64,000 nucleotides of DNA from Alphaproteobacteria bacterium (lineage in GTDB: Bacteria; Pseudomonadota; Alphaproteobacteria; JAEUKQ01), in contig JAEUKQ010000001.1 of the NCBI GenBank assembly GCA_016794225.1, forward strand, positions 70,391-134,390, in the 5' to 3' direction. The notes below the pieces were generated by a model. It saw only the letters and a list, made by a program, of their open reading frames with translations. It was not told the DNA's origin and did no database searches. The position numbers and the translations under genes are program-made. Every line of letters begins with the position of its first letter. Positions within the stretch are counted from its first letter, which is position 1. This document shows, one piece after another, positions 51,704 to 61,260 of the stretch.

Positions 51704-52357
51704 TTAACCCTGATTAAGAATTTGTTTTAATCCATCAGTCACGTCAGACATATGGTAGTGAATGTATGGTATTAAATTTTGTCTGCTGGATTCTGGTGCA
51801 ACCAAAACCGTAGTCATCCCAAAAGCAGCAGCGGGTATTAAATTAATTGCCGTATCTTCAAAAAAGATAGCTTCTTCAGCCTTAATACCGTAGTGTCTTA
51901 TAAACTCCTGATACGCTTCATCTTGTGGTTTTGGTATATATCCAGCACAGCGAACATCAAATATTCCATCAAAACAATCATTTAAGTCTAATTTTGCAAG
52001 AACATTATTGGCATGCTTGATGGTGCTGTTAGTAAAAATATATTTATTTCCAGGTATTTCTCTTATGATATAAGCCAACTCTTGGTTGGTTTCTAATGCT
52101 GCAAGATCAACTTGATGAACATACTCTAAAAATTCGTCCGCTGATATTTGATGATGTAACATTAGTCCCCTAAGAGATGTTCCATATTTTTTCTTGTATT
52201 CTTCTTGTAACCTAGCTGCTATAATCATATCTACATCCAAATATTGCTGGATAAAGCTGCGAATACGCTGGCCAACCTGTTTCATCACCAAGGATGATGG
52301 GGGATATAAGGTATTATCTAAATCAAAAATCCAGTAATTAAAGGAAAACCGGCCCAT
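51704..52357 (-). CDS. HAD-family hydrolase, pyrimidine 5'-nucleotidase-like
   Basis: 217 aa. HAD motif I FDLDNTLY plus the downstream HAD motifs. Confidence 0.65.
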   Translation of the reverse strand: MGRFSFNYWIFDLDNTLYPPSSLVMKQVGQRIRSFIQQYLDVDMIIAARLQEEYKKKYGTSLRGLMLHHQISADEFLEYVHQVDLAALETNQELAYIIREIPGNKYIFTNSTIKHANNVLAKLDLNDCFDGIFDVRCAGYIPKPQDEAYQEFIRHYGIKAEEAIFFEDTAINLIPAAAFGMTTVLVAPESSRQNLIPYIHYHMSDVTDGLKQILNQG

Positions 52358-52502
52358 TCGGAATATTACTTTCGCAATTAAATTTCTTTTTTAATATTAA
52401 GCTTTTGTTCATCAATAATATGTATTCCAATAACCAATTTTTTCCATTAGTTTGTTTTGAAAATAAGCTATATTATTACTCCACCAAAAATCAGGATAAT
52501 CC

Positions 52503-53882
52503 TTGATGAAAAAAATCTCGTCTTCTGGTAAAAAGAATCAATACACATTAACGTCAATCAGCAATGTTTTGCAAGATGCACTATCTTACGCAAAAAAGAA
52601 AGGTGCCGACCAAACCGATTTAATGTTAGTTGAAGGAATAGGCATTCAATATATTCAGCGGATGGGTAAGCTTGAAAAACTTGAACGAGCAGAAACAGCA
52701 GATCTCGGTATTAGGTTATTTCAAGGACAGCGTCAGGTGATGGTATCAACATCAGACCTTTCATCAGCTAATATTAAAAACTTGATAGATCGTGGCTTAT
52801 CGACAGTGCAACTGGTACCCGAAGACAAATATTGTGGATTAGCTACCTCAGATCAATTAGTGAAGGATGTCCCTATCCTGAAAACTGTTGATCCTGTAGA
52901 ACCTACAATTGCGTTATTACAAGAACGCGCTGCTGCTTGTGAAGAAGCGGCCTTATCTGTTCCTAAAATAACAAATTCAGAAGGCGTGGAAAGCACATGG
53001 TCGCACACAACCATGCATTTTTTGGCAAGCAATGGCTTTTCACAATCCTACAGCAATACGCGACATGCTCTAAGCATTTCAGTGATTGCACGTGATGGTG
53101 ATGGAATGGAACGTGATTATGAATCCAATACCGTTATTTTTGCTGATCATTTAAAGAACCCTGTTACCCTGGGCAGAAAAGCCGCGTTGCAAGCAGTACA
53201 GCGCCTAAACCCCAAAAGAATTGGGTCACAAAAAAAACCTGTCATTTTTCATCCCCGTGTAGGTAGCAGCTTTTTATCACATTTAGCAGCGGCAATTAAT
53301 GGGGCTGCTGTCAACCAAGGGGCTAGTTTTCTTAAAAACAAACTGGGCCAAAAAATTTTTACAAAAAACATTACGGTAATTGACAACCCATCCCTTAGCA
53401 ATGGCCTTGGATCGCGCCCATTTGATGCAGAAGGACTGGCCTGTAAAAACCAAGCTATTATTGATGAAGGTGTTCTAACTTCTTGGTTACTTGACCTGCG
53501 GTCTGCGCGACAGATGGGCAAGAATCCTACAGGACATGGTGTTCGCAATGTAACCTCGCTTCCTAGTGCAGGGATTAGCAACTTTTACATGCAGGCAGGA
53601 CAACAAACCCCGGATCAATTAATTAAGGATGTGCGGCAAGGGTTATACATAACAGAACTTATTGGTAATGGCGTTAATCAGATTACTGGCGATTACAGCC
53701 GTGGTGCCACCGGATTTTGGATCGAAGATGGTACTTTGGCCTATCCAGTTAGCGAAATTACGATTGCCGGCAATTTAAATGATATCTTTGCTAACCTGAT
53801 TGTTGCCAATGATCTTCAGTTCGATTACCGAATAAATACACCAACCTTGATGGTTGAATCGCTGATGATTGCTGGGCAATAG
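52503..53882 (+). CDS. pmbA: TldD/PmbA family metalloprotease (PmbA/TldE)
   Basis: 459 aa. PmbA_TldD family length and conserved C-terminal region. Confidence 0.75.
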   Translation: MMKKISSSGKKNQYTLTSISNVLQDALSYAKKKGADQTDLMLVEGIGIQYIQRMGKLEKLERAETADLGIRLFQGQRQVMVSTSDLSSANIKNLIDRGLSTVQLVPEDKYCGLATSDQLVKDVPILKTVDPVEPTIALLQERAAACEEAALSVPKITNSEGVESTWSHTTMHFLASNGFSQSYSNTRHALSISVIARDGDGMERDYESNTVIFADHLKNPVTLGRKAALQAVQRLNPKRIGSQKKPVIFHPRVGSSFLSHLAAAINGAAVNQGASFLKNKLGQKIFTKNITVIDNPSLSNGLGSRPFDAEGLACKNQAIIDEGVLTSWLLDLRSARQMGKNPTGHGVRNVTSLPSAGISNFYMQAGQQTPDQLIKDVRQGLYITELIGNGVNQITGDYSRGATGFWIEDGTLAYPVSEITIAGNLNDIFANLIVANDLQFDYRINTPTLMVESLMIAGQ

Positions 53883-53907
53883 CTTTCAACAAATTAAAAA
53901 ATAAAAC

Positions 53908-54486
53908 TTATTTTTTATAATATTGCCAAACGGATGCAGGGGGAATGTTATTAAATATACGTTCTAACCTCTGCCCCGTTAGGCTAAATTCTTGCCGATT
54001 TAGTGGTGAGAAAAGGCTATATGTAAACTGAACGAATGGCGACTGGGTACCCATAAGGGCTTTGCATTCATCCATAATTTTATGTTGAACCGGCTTGGGC
54101 ATACCAATTAAAGGCAAACCAGAAACAATAGCAGACGCTTGTCGAATACCTGCTGCAGAGGCAACAAGTTTGGTTAAATCCGTTGCGTTACCATTAATAA
54201 TTGCCAAATTTGGGAAACGCTTAATCAATAGGTTATAAAAGGTTGGATCACGCTCGATAACAATTAGTTTTTTAGGATCTACCCCTCGATTAAGCAGGGC
54301 TTGGGTGATAACCCCTGTTCCTCCACCAAGCTCAATAACGTAACCGTCTGCTAATGGCACAGCACGGGCCATAGCAGCAGCTAGGGCTTCGCTACTCGGT
54401 ACAACAGCCCCAACGGTTTTTGGGGATTGCAACCAACGCCAAAAAAAAAGACCATTTTTTTTAACCATATGTTTGCTACTTTCCAT
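53908..54486 (-). CDS. class I SAM-dependent methyltransferase (possibly PmtA-like phospholipid N-methyltransferase)
   Basis: 192 aa. SAM-binding motif VIELGGGTG. The size matches small alphaproteobacterial PmtA-type enzymes. Functional assignment is tentative. Confidence 0.45.
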   Translation of the reverse strand: MESSKHMVKKNGLFFWRWLQSPKTVGAVVPSSEALAAAMARAVPLADGYVIELGGGTGVITQALLNRGVDPKKLIVIERDPTFYNLLIKRFPNLAIINGNATDLTKLVASAAGIRQASAIVSGLPLIGMPKPVQHKIMDECKALMGTQSPFVQFTYSLFSPLNRQEFSLTGQRLERIFNNIPPASVWQYYKK

Positions 54487-54646
54487 TATGTCTTACAATG
54501 TCTTTTGTCTTAGAAGGCTTAATAACAGCCTTAACATAAACCTATTTCCTAAAATGTCCAGCCAGACTTAACGACATAAATGATTAAAATCCCACCATTT
54601 TTGTATATGAATTGTTGAATGGCATATCTTTGTTTTTGGTTGTTTG

Positions 54647-55660
54647 TTAACGAATCTCTCCTACCTTAAGACCCGCACGATTTTTGATGATAGGATGAAG
54701 AAATTTTTCTAACGCTGGATAATCAGCCTTGGTTAAGGCGCCAACCTCCAGCAAGATTTTTATCATTCCCATTTCAGCAGCCCGAATTGCCCCATCGGCT
54801 GTTTTTAGGGTAATTCCCAAACCTTGTTTTGGTAAAACGGCTATATAAACCCCCTCTGCCCCTACTTTTACAAAGCCGCGATCGTGCAATTGCTGTGTAA
54901 CTAAACTGCAAAAACGCCCATGCCCAGCAATCATCAGCGGATTTGCTTGAATAGCGCGTGTAATACGCTGAATAGCCTGTTGCCGCTTGATCGGAATATC
55001 GAGCGGATTTGCAAAACGCGCCATGGCCAGTGCTGTATGCCTTAAAGAGATTCCAACAACCGGAATGCCACAACCATCAACCCCCTTAGGTGCTTCTGCC
55101 AGGGAAATGCCTGCCATCTCTTCTAACACGGTGACAATTCGTTGTTGCACTGGGTGTTGATAATTTACATAACCCTTGAGTTCTTCTTGATAAAATTTTG
55201 CTGTCGTTAAAAAACCAGTGTGTTTGCCAGAACAGTTATTATGTATAGGGCTCGGTTTACGGCCTGTTCGAATCAGTTCTTCGGCTACACCACTATGATA
55301 AGGGGCATGTACGCCACAGCATAAATCATGTTCAGAACAGCCAATTTTCTGCAGCCAGGCAGTGACAGCATTGGTGTGTGTTTCCTCTCCCTCATGCGAG
55401 GCACAAGCCAAGGCAATTTCATGATCTGCCAACCCAAAATGATCAACAGCACCACTTTCAATTAAGGGTAATGCTTGCAATGGTTTAATTGCAGAACGTG
55501 CATAGACAATCTTTTCAGGATCCCCCCAACTTTTAAGCACCTGATTATCATAACGAACAACAGCCGCATGAATTGAATGAACGCTTTCAACCATATTGCC
55601 GCGTGTAACCTCAACCACTAGGGGAGAGGGTAATTGTTGGGATGTTTTTTGTTTCATCAT
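54647..55660 (-). CDS. asparaginase family protein (Asparaginase_II, Rhizobium AnsA type)
   Basis: 337 aa. Resembles thermolabile L-asparaginase II-family proteins of about 330 aa. Not the classical type I/II periplasmic enzyme. Confidence 0.5.
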   Translation of the reverse strand: MMKQKTSQQLPSPLVVEVTRGNMVESVHSIHAAVVRYDNQVLKSWGDPEKIVYARSAIKPLQALPLIESGAVDHFGLADHEIALACASHEGEETHTNAVTAWLQKIGCSEHDLCCGVHAPYHSGVAEELIRTGRKPSPIHNNCSGKHTGFLTTAKFYQEELKGYVNYQHPVQQRIVTVLEEMAGISLAEAPKGVDGCGIPVVGISLRHTALAMARFANPLDIPIKRQQAIQRITRAIQANPLMIAGHGRFCSLVTQQLHDRGFVKVGAEGVYIAVLPKQGLGITLKTADGAIRAAEMGMIKILLEVGALTKADYPALEKFLHPIIKNRAGLKVGEIR

Positions 55661-55836
55661 CGAATCACATCGTTTTTGTTGGTTGAATAAAACACTGCAG
55701 CAGATTTATAATACAAGAATGTTAATTCCGCCAGATAATCTTGGCTGTTCTGGTGGTTAAATTTTTACAAAAAATTAATGTTACGGCAAATATAAATAGC
55801 CTTTTTTCCGAATCAGCACATGATAAGTAATTATTT

Positions 55837-56406
55837 TTGATAGCAAAATGCAGGAGACTATCGACGATGAAAAAACTTTTACAATCTATTTCCGTTATAT
55901 CTATGATTTTTTTATCAACCGGTCTTGTTGCCCAACAACCCAAACCAACCATGACTGACTTGGGCAAATTCGACAACTGGCAAGCTGCTTCTTTTGAGGA
56001 AAATGGCAAAACTGGCTGCTTCATGGTTAGTGATGCTGTGAAGTCGGAAGCGGTTGAGGGCAGCTACAGCAGTCGTGGGCGTGTTTATATGATGATCACA
56101 CACCGTCCGGCTAATAATACATTAGATACCGTAACTTTTTTCACAGGCTATCCATACAAGCTTAATAGTGAAGTAACAATCCAGGTTGATAATGGCGCAA
56201 AACATATTTTATTCACCCAAGATGACAAGGCATGGGTAAAAGATGCTAATGGCGACAAAATTTTAGTTGATGCCATGCGGCGCGGTAAAAATTTGACTGT
56301 TCTTGGAACCTCAGCACGCAACACAAAGACCCGTGACACATTCTCATTAACTGGTTTTTCAAAAGCTTATGCAGCAATCAATACCGCTTGTAACGTGACC
56401 CGTTAA
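55837..56406 (+). CDS. secreted protein, unknown function (possibly invasion-associated-locus-B-like)
   Basis: 189 aa. Signal peptide (LVAQQ). Two conserved Cys. Size and composition are reminiscent of IalB-family proteins. Weak call. Confidence 0.4.
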   Translation: MIAKCRRLSTMKKLLQSISVISMIFLSTGLVAQQPKPTMTDLGKFDNWQAASFEENGKTGCFMVSDAVKSEAVEGSYSSRGRVYMMITHRPANNTLDTVTFFTGYPYKLNSEVTIQVDNGAKHILFTQDDKAWVKDANGDKILVDAMRRGKNLTVLGTSARNTKTRDTFSLTGFSKAYAAINTACNVTR

Positions 56407-56507
56407 TGTTCTTGTACACCCGTTGGCAATTGCTTACACAGCTGATCTGTGGTATCGTTACAGGGTGGAGAACTTGTTTTTAATAATTAATAAGCATCGA
56501 TAGGCTT

Positions 56508-57665
56508 GTGATGGGTACAGCAACACATGCAATTCAGTTTGCGCCACCTGCAACGGTTAATGGCAAAATAAATTTGGTTGGGTTAAGTCGGCCTGAAATT
56601 ATTACCGCCTTAAAAGATTATAGCTTGCCTGGATTTCGTGCCAAACAATTGTGGCACTGGATTTATCACCATGGGGTTATTCACTTTGAACAGATGAATA
56701 ACTTATCCAAAGATGTTCGTTATTTGTTAGACCAGCATTTTGTTATTTCTCGTCCCAGTGTTAGCCGTTCTCTACATTCAACGGACAATACCCGCAAATG
56801 GTTGTTAAAAATGGTGGATGGACAAGAGATTGAATCTGTTTATATACCAGAAGAAGATAGGGGTACTTTGTGCGTATCATCGCAGGTAGGGTGTACGCTA
56901 ACTTGCAAATTTTGCCATACAGGCACCCAACGTTTGGTTCGGAACCTATCTACTGCCGAAATTGTTGGGCAAGTACTTAATGCACGCGATCAACTGGGCG
57001 AATGGCCATCTCCCCAGGATGGACGGCTGTTGTCAAATATTGTGATGATGGGAATGGGGGAACCCCTATATAATTATGATAATGTTGCCAAGGCCTTGAC
57101 GATTGTTATGGATGGCGAAGGCATATCATTGTCACGGCGTCGCATTACACTGTCAACTGCCGGTGTTGTACCCATGATCGAACGTTGTGGGGCCGAACTT
57201 AATGTTAACTTGGCTATATCACTGCACGCCGTTCATAACGAGTTGCGCGATTATTTGGTGCCAATTAACAAAAAATACCCTATTGAAGATCTTTTACAAG
57301 CATGCCGCAATTACCCGGGTGCCAGCAACGCCCGACGTATCACTTTTGAGTATGTTATGTTAAAAGATGTTAATGACTCGACCGCAGAAGCAAAAGAATT
57401 AGTACGCTTGATCCGTGGCATTCCTGCCAAGGTTAATCTGATACCTTTTAACCCCTGGCCTGGTGCCCCTTTTGAACGATCCAGCGACGAATCTATTCGC
57501 AAATTTAGCCAAATTGTTTTAGATGCTGGTTACGCATCGCCCATTCGAACACCACGCGGTGAAGATATTATGGCTGCATGCGGACAACTTAAATCTGATA
57601 GTATTCGCCAACGACGCGAACAACAAGTTGTATCAGCCATTGCAGCAGCAATTAATCAATCGTGA
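56508..57665 (+). CDS. rlmN: 23S rRNA (adenine2503-C2)-methyltransferase, radical SAM
   Basis: 385 aa. [11 protein letters not shown] radical-SAM cluster motif and conserved RlmN C-terminal Cys. Confidence 0.85.
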   Translation: MMGTATHAIQFAPPATVNGKINLVGLSRPEIITALKDYSLPGFRAKQLWHWIYHHGVIHFEQMNNLSKDVRYLLDQHFVISRPSVSRSLHSTDNTRKWLLKMVDGQEIESVYIPEEDRGTLCVSSQVGCTLTCKFCHTGTQRLVRNLSTAEIVGQVLNARDQLGEWPSPQDGRLLSNIVMMGMGEPLYNYDNVAKALTIVMDGEGISLSRRRITLSTAGVVPMIERCGAELNVNLAISLHAVHNELRDYLVPINKKYPIEDLLQACRNYPGASNARRITFEYVMLKDVNDSTAEAKELVRLIRGIPAKVNLIPFNPWPGAPFERSSDESIRKFSQIVLDAGYASPIRTPRGEDIMAACGQLKSDSIRQRREQQVVSAIAAAINQS

Positions 57666-57715
57666 TTGTCTTTGGATAATCAAGCCTTTTATTTATTAGG
57701 CTAATCGAATTGGGT

Positions 57716-57743
57716 TTGATCTTTTGCCTAGATTATTTATAAT
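57716..57743 (+). promoter_or_regulatory. sigma70-like promoter TTGATC-N16-TATAAT upstream of VOC paralog 1
   Basis: -35 at 57716-57721 and -10 at 57738-57743. Embedded in a 21-bp block (gaattgggtttgatcttttgc) that is repeated identically upstream of paralog 2. Confidence 0.55.
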
Positions 57744-57799
57744 GCTATATGATTGATAAAGCATTATCTTCTAAAACACAACCTTTGTTGGAGGAATAA

Positions 57800-58177
57800 A
57801 TGGATTCAGTAATGCATTTTGAAGTTGTTTTTGACAATAAAGAACGTGCTAAAAAATTTTACCAAAGTGCTTTTGGCTGGCAGTTCCAAGAAATGCCGGG
57901 TATGGATTATGTAATGGCTATGACCGCCGAAAGCGATAAACAGGGTGCCCCTAAGGAAACAGGTCGGATTAATGGCGGCATGATGAAGAAAGACCCAAGT
58001 GCTGGCTATCCGTTATTGGTAGTTACTGTTAAATCTATTGAGGCTGCGCTTAAAAAGGTAGAAAGCAGTGGCGGGAAAACAGTTTTGGCTAAACAATCTG
58101 TTGGTAACTTTGGTTATTATGCCCGCGTCAAAGATACAGAAGGTAATGTCTTAGGCCTTTGGGAAAGTAAAAAATAG
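57800..58177 (+). CDS. VOC (glyoxalase/bleomycin-resistance fold) family protein, paralog 1
   Basis: 125 aa. Single VOC domain. GGAGGA SD sequence 5 nt upstream. Confidence 0.7.
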   Translation: MDSVMHFEVVFDNKERAKKFYQSAFGWQFQEMPGMDYVMAMTAESDKQGAPKETGRINGGMMKKDPSAGYPLLVVTVKSIEAALKKVESSGGKTVLAKQSVGNFGYYARVKDTEGNVLGLWESKK

Positions 58178-58197
58178 TTTTGATACCCTTTAGATAT

Positions 58198-58231
58198 AAA
58201 ACAGGGTATGCCTCACGACATACCCTGTTTA
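58198..58231 (+). terminator. hairpin terminator after VOC paralog 1
   Basis: aaacagggtatg-cctcacgac-ataccctgttt: 11-bp stem followed by a T-containing tail. Confidence 0.55.
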
Positions 58232-58578
58232 CTGGCATTTGTCTTATTGCCTCTAAGTTTAGTAGATTTGGGTAAAAAGTTCAGCGCCTTGTTTGTGTTT
58301 GGTACAAGTACAACACAAGCTATTCCTTTACCAACAACCCAACACACCCGGAATAACCCAAAATCTTTCTAGCCAAATATAGCTTTTTTGGTAAAAGCCC
58401 CCCTACATTCACAACGAACAACCTAATAAATTGCCATGGGCAAAATTTGACTTTGGAATATATTAGATAGTGTAAATTCAAACCTATGTCTGTTTTCAAT
58501 AAACCGCGCAAAAAACAGACCTCTTGGATCATTCTATCATCATAAACTATAGCTCTTTGTATTGTAATAGAATTGGGT

Positions 58579-58606
58579 TTGATCTTTTGCTAAGAGGATT
58601 TATAAT
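58579..58606 (+). promoter_or_regulatory. sigma70-like promoter TTGATC-N16-TATAAT upstream of VOC paralog 2
   Basis: Same hexamers and spacing as at 57716. Shares the 21-bp identical block at 58570-58590. Confidence 0.55.
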
Positions 58607-58660
58607 ACAGCCAAAGTTCATCAATTATTACTTTTGACGCACTCTTTCTAGGAGGAATAT

Positions 58661-59035
58661 ATGGACTCGGTAACCCATTTCGAGATTATTTTTGATAATA
58701 AAGAACGCGCTAAAAAATTTTACCAAAATACCTTTGGCTGGCAATTTCAAGAAGTTGGTAAGGGGTATGTCATGGCAATAACCGCAGAAAGCAATGCACA
58801 TGGCACTCCCAAAGAGGCAGGACGTATTAACGGTGGTATGATGCCCAAAGATCAAAATACCAACTATCCGTTATTAGTAGTTACCGTTACCTCCATTGAT
58901 GCCGCACTTAAAAAGGTAGAAAGCAGTGGTGGAAAAACAGTTTTGGCTAAACAATCTGTTGGTAACTTTGGTTATTATGCCCGCATTAAAGATACGGAAG
59001 GTAACGTTTTGGGCCTTTGGGAAAACATAAAATAA
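58661..59035 (+). CDS. VOC (glyoxalase/bleomycin-resistance fold) family protein, paralog 2
   Basis: 124 aa. About 80% identical to paralog 1 overall. The 3' about 150 nt are nearly identical at the DNA level. Confidence 0.7.
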   Translation: MDSVTHFEIIFDNKERAKKFYQNTFGWQFQEVGKGYVMAITAESNAHGTPKEAGRINGGMMPKDQNTNYPLLVVTVTSIDAALKKVESSGGKTVLAKQSVGNFGYYARIKDTEGNVLGLWENIK

Positions 59036-59124
59036 TTTACAGGCAATTTAGAACAATCATTTTATGTAATACTTTGTGTAACAGTTTTAGTTTTATCACT
59101 TAATTTTAAGACATCGGATTTCGA

Positions 59125-60252
59125 ATGAAAAATTATATTCCCTTTCCTGTACGTGCCGGCAAAACTTCGCGCCAGGCACACACCAATTTACCGGAAGGTT
59201 CTTACGAGCGTGAAATTGGCAAAGATGGTTTTTTTGGTCCAGCCAGCCACATGTACCACAAACATCCGCCAACTGGCTGGGTTGATTGGCAGGGTCCCTT
59301 GCGACCACGGGCTTTTGACCTAAACAAACTACCAAATTTGTCAACTTGTCCTTGGCAAATACCCGATGTTTTATATAATGCCCATACCCGTATCCGTTTT
59401 TGGCGTTTATCACAAAAAATGGACCACCTCGTGCGTAACGGTGATGGGGATGAATTATTGTTTGTTCATCAGGGGACAGCAGAACTTTATTGTGATTTTG
59501 GTCATCTTAGCATTCGTGCAGGTGATTATATTATGGTGCCGCGAAGCACAATGTGGCGCCTTGAACCCACCAAGGGTGAATTACAATTGTTGCTGATAGA
59601 GGCCACAAACAGCAGTTATCAACTTCCGGATAAAGGGTTGCTTGGACCGCATGCCATTTTTGATCCAGCCATGCTTGACGTTCCAGCGCTTGATGAAGCT
59701 TTCTTAGCCCAACAAAACGAAAAGAAATGGCAGGTGCGGATTAAGCGGCGGCAAGCCATTTCAACTGTAACATACCCCTTCAACCCCTTGGATGCCGTGG
59801 GCTGGAAAGGTGATCTTGCCCCCGTACGAATTAATGTTGCGGATATACGGCCCCTCTTAAGCCATCGCTATCATCTACCACCATCAGCGCATACCACGTT
59901 TGTGGCTAATCGTTTTGTTGTATGCACTTTTGCCCCAAGACCTTTTGAAACAGATGCAGATGCAATCAAAATTCCCTTCTTTCATAATAATGATGATTAT
60001 GATGAAGTGTTATTTTACCATGCCGGAGATTTTTTCAGCCGCGATAACATCAAGGCCGGAATGATGACCTTTCATCCTTGCGGCTTTACGCATGGACCAC
60101 ACCCCAAGGCCCTCCAAAATATGATGGTTCAAAAAAAACCCGCCACAGACGAGTATGCGGTTATGATTGACACGCGGGATGCCCTAGAACTTGGAACTTT
60201 GCCCGATGGCATTGAGAACATGGCCTATGTCGACAGTTGGAAGAAAACCTAA
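59125..60252 (+). CDS. hmgA: homogentisate 1,2-dioxygenase family protein (short N-terminus form)
   Basis: 375 aa. C-terminal HGD active-site region is conserved (PFFHNND..., FHPCGFTHGPHPKA, compare human PYYHRN/TPHGPD). Lacks about 60 N-terminal residues found in canonical HGD. Confidence 0.6.
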   Translation: MKNYIPFPVRAGKTSRQAHTNLPEGSYEREIGKDGFFGPASHMYHKHPPTGWVDWQGPLRPRAFDLNKLPNLSTCPWQIPDVLYNAHTRIRFWRLSQKMDHLVRNGDGDELLFVHQGTAELYCDFGHLSIRAGDYIMVPRSTMWRLEPTKGELQLLLIEATNSSYQLPDKGLLGPHAIFDPAMLDVPALDEAFLAQQNEKKWQVRIKRRQAISTVTYPFNPLDAVGWKGDLAPVRINVADIRPLLSHRYHLPPSAHTTFVANRFVVCTFAPRPFETDADAIKIPFFHNNDDYDEVLFYHAGDFFSRDNIKAGMMTFHPCGFTHGPHPKALQNMMVQKKPATDEYAVMIDTRDALELGTLPDGIENMAYVDSWKKT

Positions 60253-60261
60253 ACTAATCTA

Positions 60262-61260
60262 TTGGGACTAAGAATTAATATGAAACTTGCCACGCTTAAA
60301 AACGGCCGCCGCGACGGTCAACTTGTTGTTGTAAGCAGCGACTTAAAATTTTGTGTTCCTGTAGAAATTCCTACTTTACAAGAAGCACTAGATAATTGGG
60401 GCAAAATCAGCCCACAATTAGCAAAAATGTTTCAACAGCTGCAACAGGGTCAAGCAAAAAACGCTGTTCCATTTAAGGCAGAAAACTGTTTATCCCCCCT
60501 GCCCCGAGCATATCAATGGGCTGATGGTTCGGCTTATGTTAATCATGTTGAACTTGTTCGTAAAGCCCGTGGTGCAGACATGCCAGCCAGCTTCTGGACT
60601 GACCCGTTGATGTACCAGGGAGGTTCAGATAGTTTTTTAGCACCGCTTGAGGATATCGCCCTGGCACAGGAAGAATGGGGCATCGATTTTGAGGCTGAGG
60701 TAGCGGTTATAACAGACGATGTTCCCATGGGCATATCTGCTGTAGAAGCTGTAGATCATATTAAATTGATTATGTTGGTTAACGATGTTTCTTTACGCAA
60801 TTTAATTCCTGCAGAACTGGCAAAAGGTTTTGGCTTTTTTCAAAGCAAACCGTCTTCATCCTTTTCACCCGTTGCCGTCACCCCGGATGAACTTGGTAGT
60901 AATTGGGATGGCCGAAGGTTGCATTTGCCCCTTTATAGCTATGTTAATGATCAGTTATTTGGCAAACCAAATGCAGGCATTGATATGACCTTTGATTTTT
61001 GCCAATTAATTGCCCATGCGGCGAAAACAAGGCCTTTAGCGGCTGGAACGATTATTGGCTCGGGAACAGTTTCTAATAAAAACCCAGAGGCTGGTTCTTC
61101 TTGTATTGCGGAACGACGCGTTCTTGAAACTTTAAAAGAAGGTAAACCTATAACATCTTTCTTGCGTTTTGGTGACCGGATACGTATTGAGATGCTTGAT
61201 TTAAAAGGCCATTCTATCTTCGGCGCCATTAATCAGCATGTGCAGCCATATAAACGGTAA
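60262..61260 (+). CDS. fumarylacetoacetate hydrolase (FAH) family protein
   Basis: 332 aa. FAH-fold metal and substrate motifs. Immediately downstream of the hmgA-like gene. Confidence 0.65.
   Translation: MGLRINMKLATLKNGRRDGQLVVVSSDLKFCVPVEIPTLQEALDNWGKISPQLAKMFQQLQQGQAKNAVPFKAENCLSPLPRAYQWADGSAYVNHVELVRKARGADMPASFWTDPLMYQGGSDSFLAPLEDIALAQEEWGIDFEAEVAVITDDVPMGISAVEAVDHIKLIMLVNDVSLRNLIPAELAKGFGFFQSKPSSSFSPVAVTPDELGSNWDGRRLHLPLYSYVNDQLFGKPNAGIDMTFDFCQLIAHAAKTRPLAAGTIIGSGTVSNKNPEAGSSCIAERRVLETLKEGKPITSFLRFGDRIRIEMLDLKGHSIFGAINQHVQPYKR

Noticed and set aside
58320-58532. 70-aa minus-strand ORF in the spacer between the VOC paralogs
   Set aside because: It has no SD sequence and no recognisable motifs, and lies in AT-rich intergenic DNA. 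It is likely non-coding, and the spacer is better viewed as promoter or duplicated flank.
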